A stretch of DNA of 64,000 nt from Heptranchias perlo (lineage: Eukaryota). The stretch's first letter is position 1. Every line of letters begins with the position of its first letter. Position numbers and translations under genes: made by a program. The notes under the pieces were generated by a model. It had not been told where the DNA came from, did no database searches, and worked only from the letters and a program-made list of their open reading frames with translations. This document shows positions 23,360-35,511 of the stretch, one piece after another. The stretch covers positions 1,860,001 to 1,924,000 of the forward strand of contig NC_090332.1 of NCBI RefSeq assembly GCF_035084215.1. The letters are read 5' to 3'.

Positions 23360-24440
23360 CTTCCACTGCCATCCACTCCATCCACTCCATCCCTTCTTCC
23401 ACTCCATCCACTCCATCCCATCTTCCACTCCCATCCACTCCATCCGAACTTTCACTCCCATCCACTCCATCCCATCTTCCACTCCCATCCACTCCATCCG
23501 AACTTTCACTCCCATCCACTCCATCCCATCTTCCACTCCCATCCACTCCATCCGAACTTTCACTCCCATCCACTCCATCCCATCTTCCACTCCCATCCAC
23601 TCCATCCCATCTTTCACTCCCATCCACTCCATCCCATCTTTCACTCCCATCCACTCCATCCCATCTTCCACTCCCATCCACTCCATCCCATCTTCCACTC
23701 CCATCCACTCCATCCCATCTTCCACTCCCATCCACTCCATCCCATCATCCACTCCCATCCACTCCATCCGAACTTTCACTCCCATCCACTCCATCCCATC
23801 TTCCACTCCCATCCACTCCATCCGAACTTTCACTCCCATCCACTCCATCCCATCTTTCACTCCCATCCACTCCATCCCATCTTCCACTCCCATCCACTCC
23901 ATCCCATCGTCCACTCCCATCCACTCCATCCCTTCTTCCACTCCCATCCACTCCATCCCATCGTCCACTCCCATCCACTCCATCCCATCTTCCACTCCCA
24001 TCCACTCCATCCCATCTTTCACTCCCATCCACTCCATCCCATCTTTCACTCCCATCCACTCCATCCCATCTTTCACTCCCATCCACTCCATCCCATCTTT
24101 CACTCCCATCCACTCCATCCGAACTTTCACTCCCATCCACTCCATCCCATCTTCCGCTGCCATCCACTCCATCCCATCTTCCACTCCCTTCCACTCCATC
24201 CCATCGTCCACTCCCATCCACTCCATCCCATCTTCCACTCCCATCCACTCCATCCCATCTTTCACTCCCATCCACTCCATCCCATCTTCCACTGCCATCC
24301 ACTCCATCCCATCTTTCACTCCCATCCACTCCATCCCATCTTCCACTGCCATCCACTCCATCCCATCTTTCACTCCCATCCACTCCATCCCATCTTCCAC
24401 TGCCATCCACTCCATCCCATCTTTCAGTCCTATCCACTCT
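23360..24440. repeat. 27-bp pyrimidine-rich minisatellite (CACTCCCATCCACTCCATCCCATCTTC)
   Basis: Direct tandem repeats with 9-aa periodic translation. Confidence 0.95.
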
Positions 24441-24689
24441 CCCCTCCTTCACTGCCGTCCATTCTGCCATCCTTTTCCTCCCTCTGCCATCCATTCCTGC
24501 TACTGGTCCTTCCCACTGCCATCCACTACCCCCACCCAAACTGCTGTCCATTTCCCTCCTCAAATTCCTGCTGCCATCCATTGTCAGCCTCCCTCTAACT
24601 ATCACCCCTTCTCTTTCTCCCTCTTCCACTGTCATTCATTCTGTCTTCTCCTTGACATCTCATTGAAACATACAAAATTCTTTCAGTGA

Positions 24690-25040
24690 TCCACAGGGTT
24701 GATGCAGGGAGGATGTTTCCCCTGGGTGGGGAGTCTAGAATCTGAGGTCACAATCTCAGAATAAGGGATAGGCTATTTTGCACAGAGATGAGGAGAAATT
24801 TCTTCACTCAGAGGATGGTGAATCTTTGCAATTCTCGACCCCAGAGGGCTGTGGAGGCTCAGTCATTGAGTACATTCAAAACAGAGATTGATAGATTTCT
24901 AGATATTAAAGGCATCAAGGGATATGGGGATAGTGCAGGAAAATGGCATTGAGGTAGAAGATCAGCCATGATCTTGTTGAATGGCGGAGCAGGCTCGAGG
25001 GGCCGGATGGCCCACTCCTGCTCCTATTTTTTATGTTCCA
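24690..25040 (+). mobile_element. CR1 LINE 3' fragment
   Basis: 'gaggagaaatttcttcactcagagg..gtgaatct', tail 'gggccggatggcccactcctgctcctatt'. Confidence 0.85.
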
Positions 25041-25649
25041 TTTCCTCCCTCCCCTCCCCTCGCTATCTATTTTGTTCCCCATGCCATTTATTCCCCCCTC
25101 CCCTGCTTCCCCCCACTCCTACCTGTGTTTGGCAGTTAATGCACTGGACAGATCCTGCTCTCTTTTCAGTGGTCTCATGGCACTAACGACCTGCATCACC
25201 AGAATGGGAATTCCTGCCTGCACTGAGGCAGATATCCCGGCCATTAGCACTGGGACCGTGCTGAGAGGAGAGAGCGACCTGCACTCGGGAGGAACAGAAC
25301 TGTGGTGCATTAAGCACTAACACACTGACTGGGGCCGCAAAACACTGACTGCCTGTGTGAAACACTGATGGTTGGCAAATAGGATTATGTATATGTTATA
25401 ATAACTGAGTAATCAGACCCGATGGGTTTACATGGTGCCGGACTGTGTGCTTGTTTGATTCAGTGTCTTCGGATCTGCAATTTTTTGCAAAGCAGTTGCT
25501 TTTCCAGAACTGTTCTAGACGCACCCTTGGCAGGAGAAACAGTGGTTTGTGGTATTCACCCCTGTAATTATAGCATGTAGTTGTAGGCATGGGACCAGCA
25601 GTAAATCTGGCCTTGTTCTGGGGATAATTGAAGTTTCAATCAGGTAACA

Positions 25650-25885
25650 TTAGAACATAAGAAATAGGAGCAGGAGTAGGCCATACGGCCTCTCAAGCCT
25701 GCTCCGCCATTCAACAAGACCATGGCTGATCTTCAACCTCAACTCCAATTTCCTGCCTGATCCCCACATCCCTTGATTCCCCTAGAGACCAAAAATCTAT
25801 CTATTTCAGCCTTGAATATACTCAACGACTGAGCATCCACAGCCCTCTGGAGCAGAGAATTCCAAAGATTCACAACCCACTGAGT
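25650..25885 (-). mobile_element. CR1 LINE 3' fragment
   Basis: 'agaacataagaaataggagcaggagtaggcc' tail, same family as 3757-4232. Confidence 0.85.
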
Positions 25886-26284
25886 AACCTGCAGTCCCAT
25901 TTTCTATTTGCTGTGCCTGTGTTTCTGACTCCACATTTGCTTGATTGGTATGTGAGCATTTGTTTAAAATCATTTCAGAATCCTTTAAAACTTGTCTTCG
26001 CAACTTTGCTGATAAACACTCTTATGGTATCTGAATTCCATTGCCATTATTGACTCCTACATGACATGACATTGTATGGTGTCCGTTCATGCTGTTCCCA
26101 GGTTGTTGCCACGCTGGCCTCAACTTATAGATTACAAGGTCAAGACTTTTTGGTCTTGGGAAAAATAAACTATAAGGCTTCTTTTAGGCTGGTTATACTT
26201 GTTACAAACACTCTACCCAACCCCGTGTCTCGCAATGTATCGAAAATAGTCAGAGTTTCTTCACTTGAATAATGAAGTGACAAA

Positions 26285-27070
26285 GAATCATACGAAGGTT
26301 ACAGGACAGAAGGATGGCATTCGGCCCATCGAGTCCAGGCTGGCTCTATGCAAGAGCAATCCAACTGGTCCCACTCCCCCGCCCTTTCCCCATACCCCTG
26401 CAAATTTTTTCCTTTCAAGTTCTTATCCAGTTCCCTTTTGAAGGCCATGATTGAATCTGCCTCCACCACCCCCTCGGGCAGTGCATTCCAGATCCTAACC
26501 ACTCGCTGTGTAAAAAAAAGTTTTTCCTCAGGTGTCTTTTGGTCTTTTACCAATCACCTTAAAATTATGTCCTCTGGTTCTTGACCATTCCACCAATGGG
26601 AACAGTTTCTATCTATCTACTCTGTCTAGACCCTTCATGATTTTGAATACCTCTATCAAATCTCCTCTCAACCGTTTCTGTTCCAAGGAGAACAATCCCA
26701 GCTTCTCCAGTCTATCCATTTAACTAAAGTCCCTCATCCCTGGAATCATTCTCGTAAATCTCTACTGCACCCTCTCTAAGGCCTTCACACCTTTTTTAAA
26801 GTGCGGTACCCAGAACTGGACACAATACTCCAGTTGTGGCCGAGCCAGTGTTTTATAAAGGTTCATCATGACTTCCTCACTTTTATACTCTTTGCCTCTA
26901 TTTATAAAGCCCAGGATCCCGTATGCTTTTTTAACCGGTTTCCCAACCTGCCCTACTACCTTCAATGATTTGTGTACATATACCCCCAGGTCACTCTGTT
27001 CCTGTTCCCCTTTTAGAATTGTGCCCTCTAGTTTATATTGCCTCTCCTCGTTCTTCCTACCGAAATGTGC
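26285..27070 (-). mobile_element. CR1 LINE 3' ~0.8 kb, same subfamily as 11855-13908
   Basis: ORFs 'KAYGILGFINRG..LYKTLARPQLEYCVQFW' and 'FFTQRVVRIWNALPEGVVEADSI'. Confidence 0.92.
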
Positions 27071-27520
27071 CTAGTTTTGTGGTCTAATCTTTCACATCCA
27101 TGGCTCTGACATATTTCCAATCTCTTTATCCACTTGTCCTGTCGTGGTCTGAGTGTGTGTCCAAGTTGTGAACCTCAAAGACTGGGAAAAGGAAATCTGC
27201 TCTCAGACTACACTCTGCTCCCTCTGCTGACTGTTTTTATGCAGGCCCCAGAACTGTGGTATTTTCATCTGACGGTTTCTTTTTGACGTGTTCTCAGTGG
27301 CTGTGCTGCATCTTGTTCCAGTTGGGGATATCCTTTATTTCATGCTTCTCTGCACTCACTTTACAAGACTGATTTGATCTGACTTCTTTTGGTTATCGAT
27401 TTAAGCAAAATGTGTGGATGACTGAAGTAACGTCAGTCGACGCAGTTGTCCCAGAGGATTCTTAAACCAACACCAGCAATATATTGGACAGGGTAACTAT
27501 CCATTTGTAATTTGTTGCAG

Positions 27521-27562
27521 AACTCTGGAGATCGTCCGGCAGATTCAAATGCCACGTACATG
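27521..27562 (+). CDS. Exon 6: cytoplasmic (NSGDRPADSNATYM), first part of ITAM
   Basis: Acceptor tttgttgcag|, donor ATG|gtaaga, 42 nt, phase 0-0. Confidence 0.8.
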
Positions 27563-27664
27563 GTAAGAAACTCCAATTTAAGAACGTTCAAAGGTTCCAA
27601 CTGACCCTTCATTGTGCACGTGTTACACGATGGCTGTTCCTATCATTTCTCTGTTTTCTGTTAG

Positions 27665-27721
27665 GCATTACAGCGACCGGATCAGTCCATATACAGTGAT
27701 CTTAAAGGTATGTTTCTGTAA
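27665..27721 (+). CDS. Exon 7: ALQRPDQSIYSDLKG(MFL*), completes the ITAM
   Basis: Polypyrimidine acceptor tttctctgttttctgttag|, phase 0; joined with exon 6 gives YMAL-x7-YSDL. A donor AAG|gtatgt after 27707 may lead to a further terminal exon; otherwise stop TAA at 27719-27721. Confidence 0.8.
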   Translation, partial: ALQRPDQSIYSDLKGMFL

Positions 27722-28815
27722 CACTTAACAAGGGTACAGGCAAAGCGTGTGTTATCTGTCAATTTTTGTACAAATGGTGAAACTGTGGGAAAATCTTCAT
27801 GTAAAATGATCCATAGCAGCAACATTGCAATGAGTCCAGTGGGGTAAGGGGCCGTTGGTAGCCCAGTACAGTGATGGATAATCACATCAATTTATTGCCC
27901 CGATTTTAACTTGGGGCAGGAGTGTACGGGCGGGCCGAGCCACAAGCTTGGCGCAGGACTGGGTGCGGTGGGGTATGGTGGGACGGGGGTTGGGACCGGG
28001 GGCGTGGGGCGGGTGACTGCAAGAGGCCGCTGCCATTTTAACCCCTGGGCTTCATCACCTGATGATTTTAATCGGACTCCCTGCACGATGCTGGTGGCAA
28101 CGACACGACGGCTGGCAGACGGGAGCAGGAAACTGGCGCAGTATCAGGCTGCCGCCAGGGACCCGAGGATATGGTCCCCAGCAAGTTCAGTGACGAGGGG
28201 GAGGGCGATTGATTTACGGGTAGGGGAAGAGAAGCCCAGGGCAGAGGAGGGCCAAGGATTCCTTGTGGGGCTGGGGAGCACTCCTGCCACGGAGGGATTT
28301 GAACACAAGGATGAGAATTTTATCTTCGAGGTGTTGTGGGACCGGGAGCCGTTGTAGGTCAGGGAGCACAGGGGTGAACGAGACTTAGTGCGGGATTGGT
28401 GCCTGTTGTAAAAGGTGCCCGTTCATGGTGTATCTGGAGTTAGATTCTCAGTCAAAGGACCTGGACCCTGTAAAGTTGTCTTCAACTCCTTCAACTCCTA
28501 TTTTTGTATTTCAAATATCCTTAACCCTTCCAAGATGAAATGTTTTTGGCTTGAAGGATAGAATCCCAGTGGACTGGAGAACTGTACAGGACTCGGAGAA
28601 GCCTGCTTCAATGGCCAGGAGGCACTTCTGTACAAACACCATGGATTAGCAAAATGAATCCTCTAAAACCAGCAGAAATGTTTCAAGAGCACCGACAGAG
28701 CGAAAAGTCATGAGGGAAAACAACAAGGAAGTGAAAGTAAATCCATGGAAACCAACAAAGAAACAGAGAACAAGAGAGGGCTTCTTTTAGCGATTCTTAC
28801 CCTCTCTCGGCAACT

Positions 28816-31601
28816 CTCAGGGCCCTGCCTCTATCAATATGCTCAGGGCCCTGTCTCTATCAATATGCTCAGGGCCCTGTCTCTATCAATATGCTCAGGG
28901 CCCTGTCTCTATATCAGTATGCTCAGGGCCCTGTCTCTCTATCAATATGCTCAGGGCCCTGTCTCTCTATCAATATGCTCAGGGCCCTGTCTCTCTATCA
29001 ATATGCTCAGGGCCCTGTCTCTATATCAATATGCTCAGGGCCCTGTCTCTCTATCAATATGCTCAGGGCCCTGTCTCTATATCAATATGCTCAGGGCCCT
29101 GTCTCTCTATCAATATGCTCAGGGCCCTGTCTCTATATCAATATGCTCAGGGCCCTGTCTCTCTATCAATATGCTCAGGGCCCTGCCACTATCAATATGC
29201 TCAGGGCCCTGTCTCTATCAATGTGCTCAGGGCCCTGTCTCTATCAATATGCTCAGGGCCCTGCCTCCATATCAATATGCTCAGGGCCCTGCCTCTATCA
29301 ATGTGCTCAGGGCCCTGTCCCTATCAATGTGCTCAGGGCCCTGTCTCGATATCAATATGCTCAGGGCCCTGTCTCTATCAATATGCTCAGTGCCCTGTCT
29401 CTATCAATATGCTCAGTGCCCTGTCTCTATCAGTATGCTCAGTGCCCTGCCTCCATATCAATATGCTCAGGGCCCTGCCTCTATCAATATGCTCAGTGCC
29501 CTGTCTCTATCAATATGCTCAGGGCCCTGTCTCTATACCAATATGCTCAGGGCCCTGCCTCTATATCAGTATGCTCAGTGCCCTGTCTCTATCAATACGT
29601 TCAGGGCCCTGTCTCTATCAATACGTTCAGGGCCCTGTCTCTATCAATATGCTCAGGGCCCTGTCTCTGTCAGTATGCTCAGGGCCCTGTCTCTGTCAGT
29701 ATGCTCAGGGCCCTGTCTCTATCAATATGCTCAGGGCCCTGTCTCTATCAATATGCTCAGGGCCCTGTCTCTGTCAGTATGCTCAGGGCCCTGTCTCTAT
29801 CAATATGCTCAGGGCCCTGTCTCTATCAATATGCTCAGGGCCCTGTCTCTCTATCAATGTGCTCAGGGCCCTGTCTCTCTATCAATATGCTCAGGGCCCT
29901 GTCTCTCTATCAATATGCTCAGGGCCCTGTCTCTCTATCAATATGCTCAGGGCCCTGCCTCTATCAATATGCTCAGGGCCCTGCCTCTATCAATATGCTC
30001 AGGGCCCTGTCTCTATCAATATGCTCAGGGCCCTGTCTCTATCAATATGCTCAGGGCCCTGTCTCTGTCAGTATGCTCAGGGCCCTGTCTCTATCAATAT
30101 GCTCAGGGCCCTGTCTCTATCAATATGCTCAGGGCCCTGTCTCTCTATCAATGTGCTCAGGGCCCTGTCTCTATCAATATGCTCAGGGCCCTGTCTCTGT
30201 CAGTATGCTCAGGGCCCTGTCTCTATCAATATGCTCAGGGCCCTGTCTCTATCAATATGCTCAGGGCCCTGTCTCTATCAATATGCTCAGGGCCCTGTCT
30301 CTATCAATATGCTCAGGGCCCTGTCTCTATCAATATGCTCAGGGCCCTGTCTCTATCAATATGCTCAGGGCCCTGTCTCTATCAATATGCTCGGGGCCCT
30401 GTCTCTATCAATATGCTCAGGGCCCTGTCTCTCTATCAATGTGCTCAGGGCCCTGTCTCTATCAATATGCTCAGGGCCCTGTCTCTATCAATGTGCTCAG
30501 GGCCCTGTCTCTATCAATGTGCTCAGGGCCCTGTCTCTATCAATGTGCTCAGGGCCCTGTCTCTATCAATGTGCTCAGGGCCCTGTCTCTATCAATGTGC
30601 TCAGGGCCCTGTCTCTATCAATATGCTCAGGGCCCTGTCTCTCTATCAATGTGCTCAGGGCCCTGTCTCTATCAATGTGCTCAGGGCCCTGTCTCTCTAT
30701 CAATATGCTCAGGGCCCTGTCTCTATCAATGTGCTCAGGGCCCTGTCTCTATCAATGTGCTCAGGGCCCTGTCTCTATCAATATGCTCAGGGCCCTGTCT
30801 CTATCAATATGCTCAGGGCCCTGTCTCTATCAATATGCTCAGGGCCCTGTCTCTATCAATGTGCTCAGGGCCCTGTCTCTATCAATGTGCTCAGGGCCCT
30901 GTCTCTCTATCAATATGCTCAGGGCCCTGTCTCTATCAATATGCTCAGGGCCCTGTCTCTATCAATATGCTCAGGGCCCTGTCTCTATCAATATGCTCAG
31001 GGCCCTGTCTCTTTCAATGTGCTCAGGGCCCTGTCTCTATCAATATGCTCAGGGCCCTGTCTCTCTATCAATATGCTCAGGGCCCTGTCTCTCTATCAAT
31101 ATGCTCAGGGCCCTGTCTCTCTATCAATATGCTCAGGGCCCTGTCTCTATCAATGTGCTCAGGGCCCTGTCTCTCTATCAATATGCTCAGGGCCCTGTCT
31201 CTCTATCAATATGCTCAGGGCCCTGTCTCTATCAATGTGCTCAGGGCCCTGTCTCTCTATCAATATGCTCAGGGCCCTGTCTCTATCAATATGCTCAGGG
31301 CCCTGTCTCTGTCAGTATGCTCAGGGCCCTGTCTCTATCAATATGCTCAGGGCCCTGTCTCTATCAATGTGCTCAGGGCCCTGTCTCTCTATCAATATGC
31401 TCAGGGCCCTGTCTCTCTATCAATATGCTCAGGGCCCTGTCTCTCTATCAATATGCTCAGGGCCCTGTCTCTATCAATATGCTCAGGGCCCTGTCTCTCT
31501 ATCAATATGCTCAGGGCCCTGTCTCTATCAATGTGCTCAGGGCCCTGTCTCTCTATCAATATGCTCAGGGCCCTGTCTCTCTATCAATGTGCTCAGGGCC
31601 C
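28816..31601. repeat. 26-bp minisatellite, copy B (~2.8 kb)
   Basis: Same unit and identical flanks as 1186-2555. Confidence 0.97.
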
Positions 31602-32511
31602 GACGCTCTCACTCCCTCGCTCCACACTCTTGAGGCTCTCACCCTTTCAGAAAGGAAAACTAAATTTTCTCAACACGTCATTTAATTTGTCCTCTGTTCA
31701 GAGTACTGTCTTAATACTAATGTCCCCCAAGTCACAGACCAGAAGCACATGATTGCTACCTGTTGCTTGTTGTATAAAATGCAACTTTTCCAAACACACA
31801 CTGTAATCACTCTAAATCAGTTTTATTATTGTGCTCTGGTAGGTTGGGTCCAGCTATCGCTGCACTGCTGTAATGGTGGAATCAAATGTATTTTTCTGAT
31901 TTTGATGGCTCTGTATTAACTTTGAATATACAGTAGTTTAATAAAATATTTGACATTGCAGTGGGGCCCATTGTGATTTAGCTATTTGCTGATAAATCTT
32001 CTTCACGTATCTGGGTATTCTAAACGATCTTCCCACTCGAACCATTGCTTGAAATTAATTTTTTTCGTAACAGCTGTTTTAAACCAGGCTGACACAGTAG
32101 TTTGAAGTTTGCAATACTGCACACGAAGATTGCAACATCAGACTACAGAATCTGTTGAAAGGTCTGCACCAAACATTTCAGAGTCCATTTTTACTCACCA
32201 GCATTTGCAAGAAAGATTTTTTCGATCTTGTTTAAAGTCTGGAGACTGAGAATGAAATGTTGACAAGGCAGAATCACTGGACTTTCAGGGGCAGAAACAG
32301 AACTTCAGGTAGAGAGAGCACGGACAGTTTCCCTGTTTGGAAGCCCAGAGCATCCTCCGCACTCCACAGTGGCTGACAGAGTTTGCACAACATGCCAATT
32401 CGCTCTTCACCATCCAAAGACACGCATCAAATCCCCAACAATGTTGTTTGGCCCTGCGGTGACCCACCAATAACTCTCACCAGATAGATGGGCAAAGTGT
32501 TTACTTGCACC

Positions 32512-33852
32512 CTTTTTTTTATTTGTTCATGGGATGCGGGCGTCGCTGGCGAGGTCGGCATTTATTGCTCATCCCTAATTGCCCTTGATAAGGTGGTGGT
32601 GAGCCGCCTTCTTGAACCACTGCAGTCCGTGTGGTGACGGTTCTCCCACAGTGCTGTTAGGAAGGGAGTTCCAGGATTTTGACCCAGCGACGATGAAGGA
32701 ACGGCGATATATTTCCAAGTCGGGATGGTGTGTGACTTGGAGGGGAACGTGCAGGTGGTGTTGTTTCCATGTGCCTGCTGCTCTTGTCCTTCTAGGTGGT
32801 AGAGGTCGCGGGTTTGGGAGGTGCTGTCGAAGAAGCCTTGGCGATTTGCTGCAGTGCATCCTGTAGATGGTACACACTGCAGCTATGGTGCGCCGGTGGT
32901 GAAGGGAATGAATGTTTATGGTGGTGGATGGGGTGCCAATCAAGCGGGCTGCTTTGTCCTGGATAGTGTCGAGCTTCTTGAGTGTTGTTGGAGTTGCACT
33001 CATCCAGGCAAGTGGAGAGTATTCCATCACACTCTTGACTTGTGCCTTGTAGATGGTGGAAAGGCTCTGGGGAGTCAGGAGGTGAATCACTCGCCGCAGA
33101 ATACCCAGCCTCTGACCTGCTCTCGTAGCCACAGTATTTATGTGGCGGATCCAGTTAAGTTTCTGGTCAATGGTGATCCCCAGGATGTTGATTGTGGGGG
33201 ATTCGGCGATTGTAATGCCATTGAATGACAAGGGGAGGTGGTTAGACTCTCTCTTGTGAAGATGATCATTGCCTGGCACTTGTCTGGCGCGAATGTTACT
33301 TGCCACTTAGCCCAAACCTGGATGTTGTCCAGGTCTTGCTGCATGTGGGCACGGACTGCTTCATTATCTGAGGGGTTGCAAATGGATCTGAACAGTGTGC
33401 AATCATGAGTGAACATCCCCATTTCTGACTTTGTGATGGAGGGAAGGTCATTGATGAAGCAGCTGAAGATGGTTGGGCCTAGGACACTGCCCTGAGGAAC
33501 TCCTACAGCAATGCCCTGGGGCTGAGATGATTGGCCTCCAACACTCACTACCATCTTCCTTTGTGCCAGGTATGACTCCAGCCACTGGTGAGTTTTCCCC
33601 CTGATTCCCATTGACTTCAATTTTACTAGGGCTCCTTGGTGCCACACTCTGTCAAATGCTACCTTGATGTTAAGGCCAGTCACTCTCACCTCACCTCTGG
33701 AATTCAGCTCTTTTGTCCATGTTTGGACCAAGGCTGTAATGAGGTCTGGAGCCAAGTGGTCCTGGCGGAACCCAAACTGAGCGTCGGTGAGCAGGTTATT
33801 GGTGAGTAAGTGCTGCTTGATAGCACTGTCAAGGACACCTTCCATCACTGAT
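32512..33852 (-). mobile_element. 5'-truncated non-LTR retrotransposon (CR1/L2-group RT), specific to copy B
   Basis: 'AQFGFRQ', 'AFDRVWH', 'GVPQGSVLGPTIFSCFINDLP', 'IYKAQVKSVMEY'; poly-A tail seen as a T-run at ~32513; frameshifted. Confidence 0.92.
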
Positions 33853-34196
33853 TCATGGCTGATCTTTGACCTCATCTCTACTTTCCTGCCCAATCCCCAA
33901 CTCAGCATCCATAGCCCTCTGGAGTAAAGAATTCCAAAGATTCACAATCCTCCGAGTGAAGAAATTCCTCCTCATCTCATTCTTAAATGGCCGACCTCAT
34001 ATCATGCGACTATGCCCCCTAGTTCTAGATTCTCTAGCCATGGGAAACAACCTCTCAGCATCTACCCTGTCAAGCCCCCTCAGAGTCTTATAGGTTTCAA
34101 TAAGATCACGTCTCATTCTTCTAAACTCCAGAGAGTATAGGCCCATTCTCCTCAACCTCTCCTCATGGGACAACCCTCTCGTCCCAGGAATTAATC
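33853..34196 (-). mobile_element. CR1 3' fragment, paralogue of 3827-4232
   Basis: ORF 33997-34224 LSHEERLRRMGLYSLEFRRMRRDLIETY. Confidence 0.88.
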
Positions 34197-34964
34197 TATG
34201 CATTCCAGCAATCAACATATGCAACAGTCAGTTGTAATCCCCAACTGTTGCTACAAAACAGCGGTCTGCCACTCAATCGTCACTGAGCCAACTGGACCAT
34301 TGCTTCGTCTTGTTGACCAAACACTGTTTGAGCAATTGTTGAGCACTCAACCACAGAGAGATTAGTCCATCCACTGCAGAAATCTATGGCAATAACAAAA
34401 TCAAGAAAATCAGGAAGAATGAGGAATTAGATTAGTGGTCTGTGTACTTCTCTTTTTTTTTGTCAAATTTACAACCTGATCTCTCATTTTAAATATTCCT
34501 TTCACCAAAACTTTTACAGATAAGAGGCATGTTCACTAAATAACTTTCATTTACTTAAATTACAGTGTAGACTTTATAAATTGGCAGTCCCAGACAGAGT
34601 AGTCCCTAGCTGGGAGTTAGAGGATGCTCACCTGTTTACAGTTCATTGGCTTCCTGTAATGAACAAGATTGAAGGTTATAAAGATCGGCACAGAAAACTA
34701 TCCCTTTTAAATTCCAGCACTGTTGGGAAAGCAGATCAGGAATTCAGGCACTGAGGTCAGTGAGAATTCCCTCTGGAAGAACGCAGTCGGATAATTCACC
34801 TCAGCTTACAACAGAAGTAACTGTAGGATGGGGATGAGAGCCACCTGGAGAAGTCCTGAGGGAAGGAGAGAGGAAAAACTGGGAGCCTGACCCCTTTCCT
34901 TACTCTTCTCTGAAGTGCCTTGGGATATCTTTCTGTGTTAAAAGCGTGACATCAGTGTTATTGT

Positions 34965-35345
34965 TGGGATCTGGTTCATATTGAGAAATAAGTCCATATG
35001 GGGATAGTGTTCATATGGGGGCGTTATGGTTCATTGGAGGGATATGGTTCCTAAAGGGAATATTAGTCAAATGGAGTTATGGTTCATACCAGGGATATGG
35101 TTCCTATAGGGAATATGGTTCATACAGGGAATGTGGTTCAAATGGAGGATATGTTCGATATGGGAGATTTGGTTCAAACTGAGAATATTGCACATTTGGA
35201 GGATATGATTGTTATGGGAAATATTGCCCATGTGGGAGATATGGTTCATATGGGAGAACACAGCTCCGACAGAGGTTATGATTCCCATGTGGGAGATGCT
35301 CCATATAGTGATATGGATCATGTGGGCTCTTATAGGGATACATGA
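34965..35345. repeat. Degenerate ~18-bp tandem repeat (gggaatatggttcatata-like)
   Basis: 'atggttc' and variants recur at about 18-bp spacing; partial paralogue at 4810-4985. Confidence 0.75.
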
Positions 35346-35511
35346 TTGAACTTTCTGTGAGGGTTCTCTAGGGGGAGATTGATGGAGCCCCTGGATAAAT
35401 GGTAAAGCTGGCCAGAAATGGCATTTACTCCATTTCTGCGGAGAATTTGTTGATTTCCCGCTGAGGGACATCAGGAGATCCCTGTGGAAATTCAGAGCCA
35501 TGGTTCATTTG

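Noticed and set aside
23263-24689. Pro/Ser/His-rich mucin-like ORFs
   Set aside because: They are translations of an intronic 27-bp minisatellite open in most frames, located after the TM exon.
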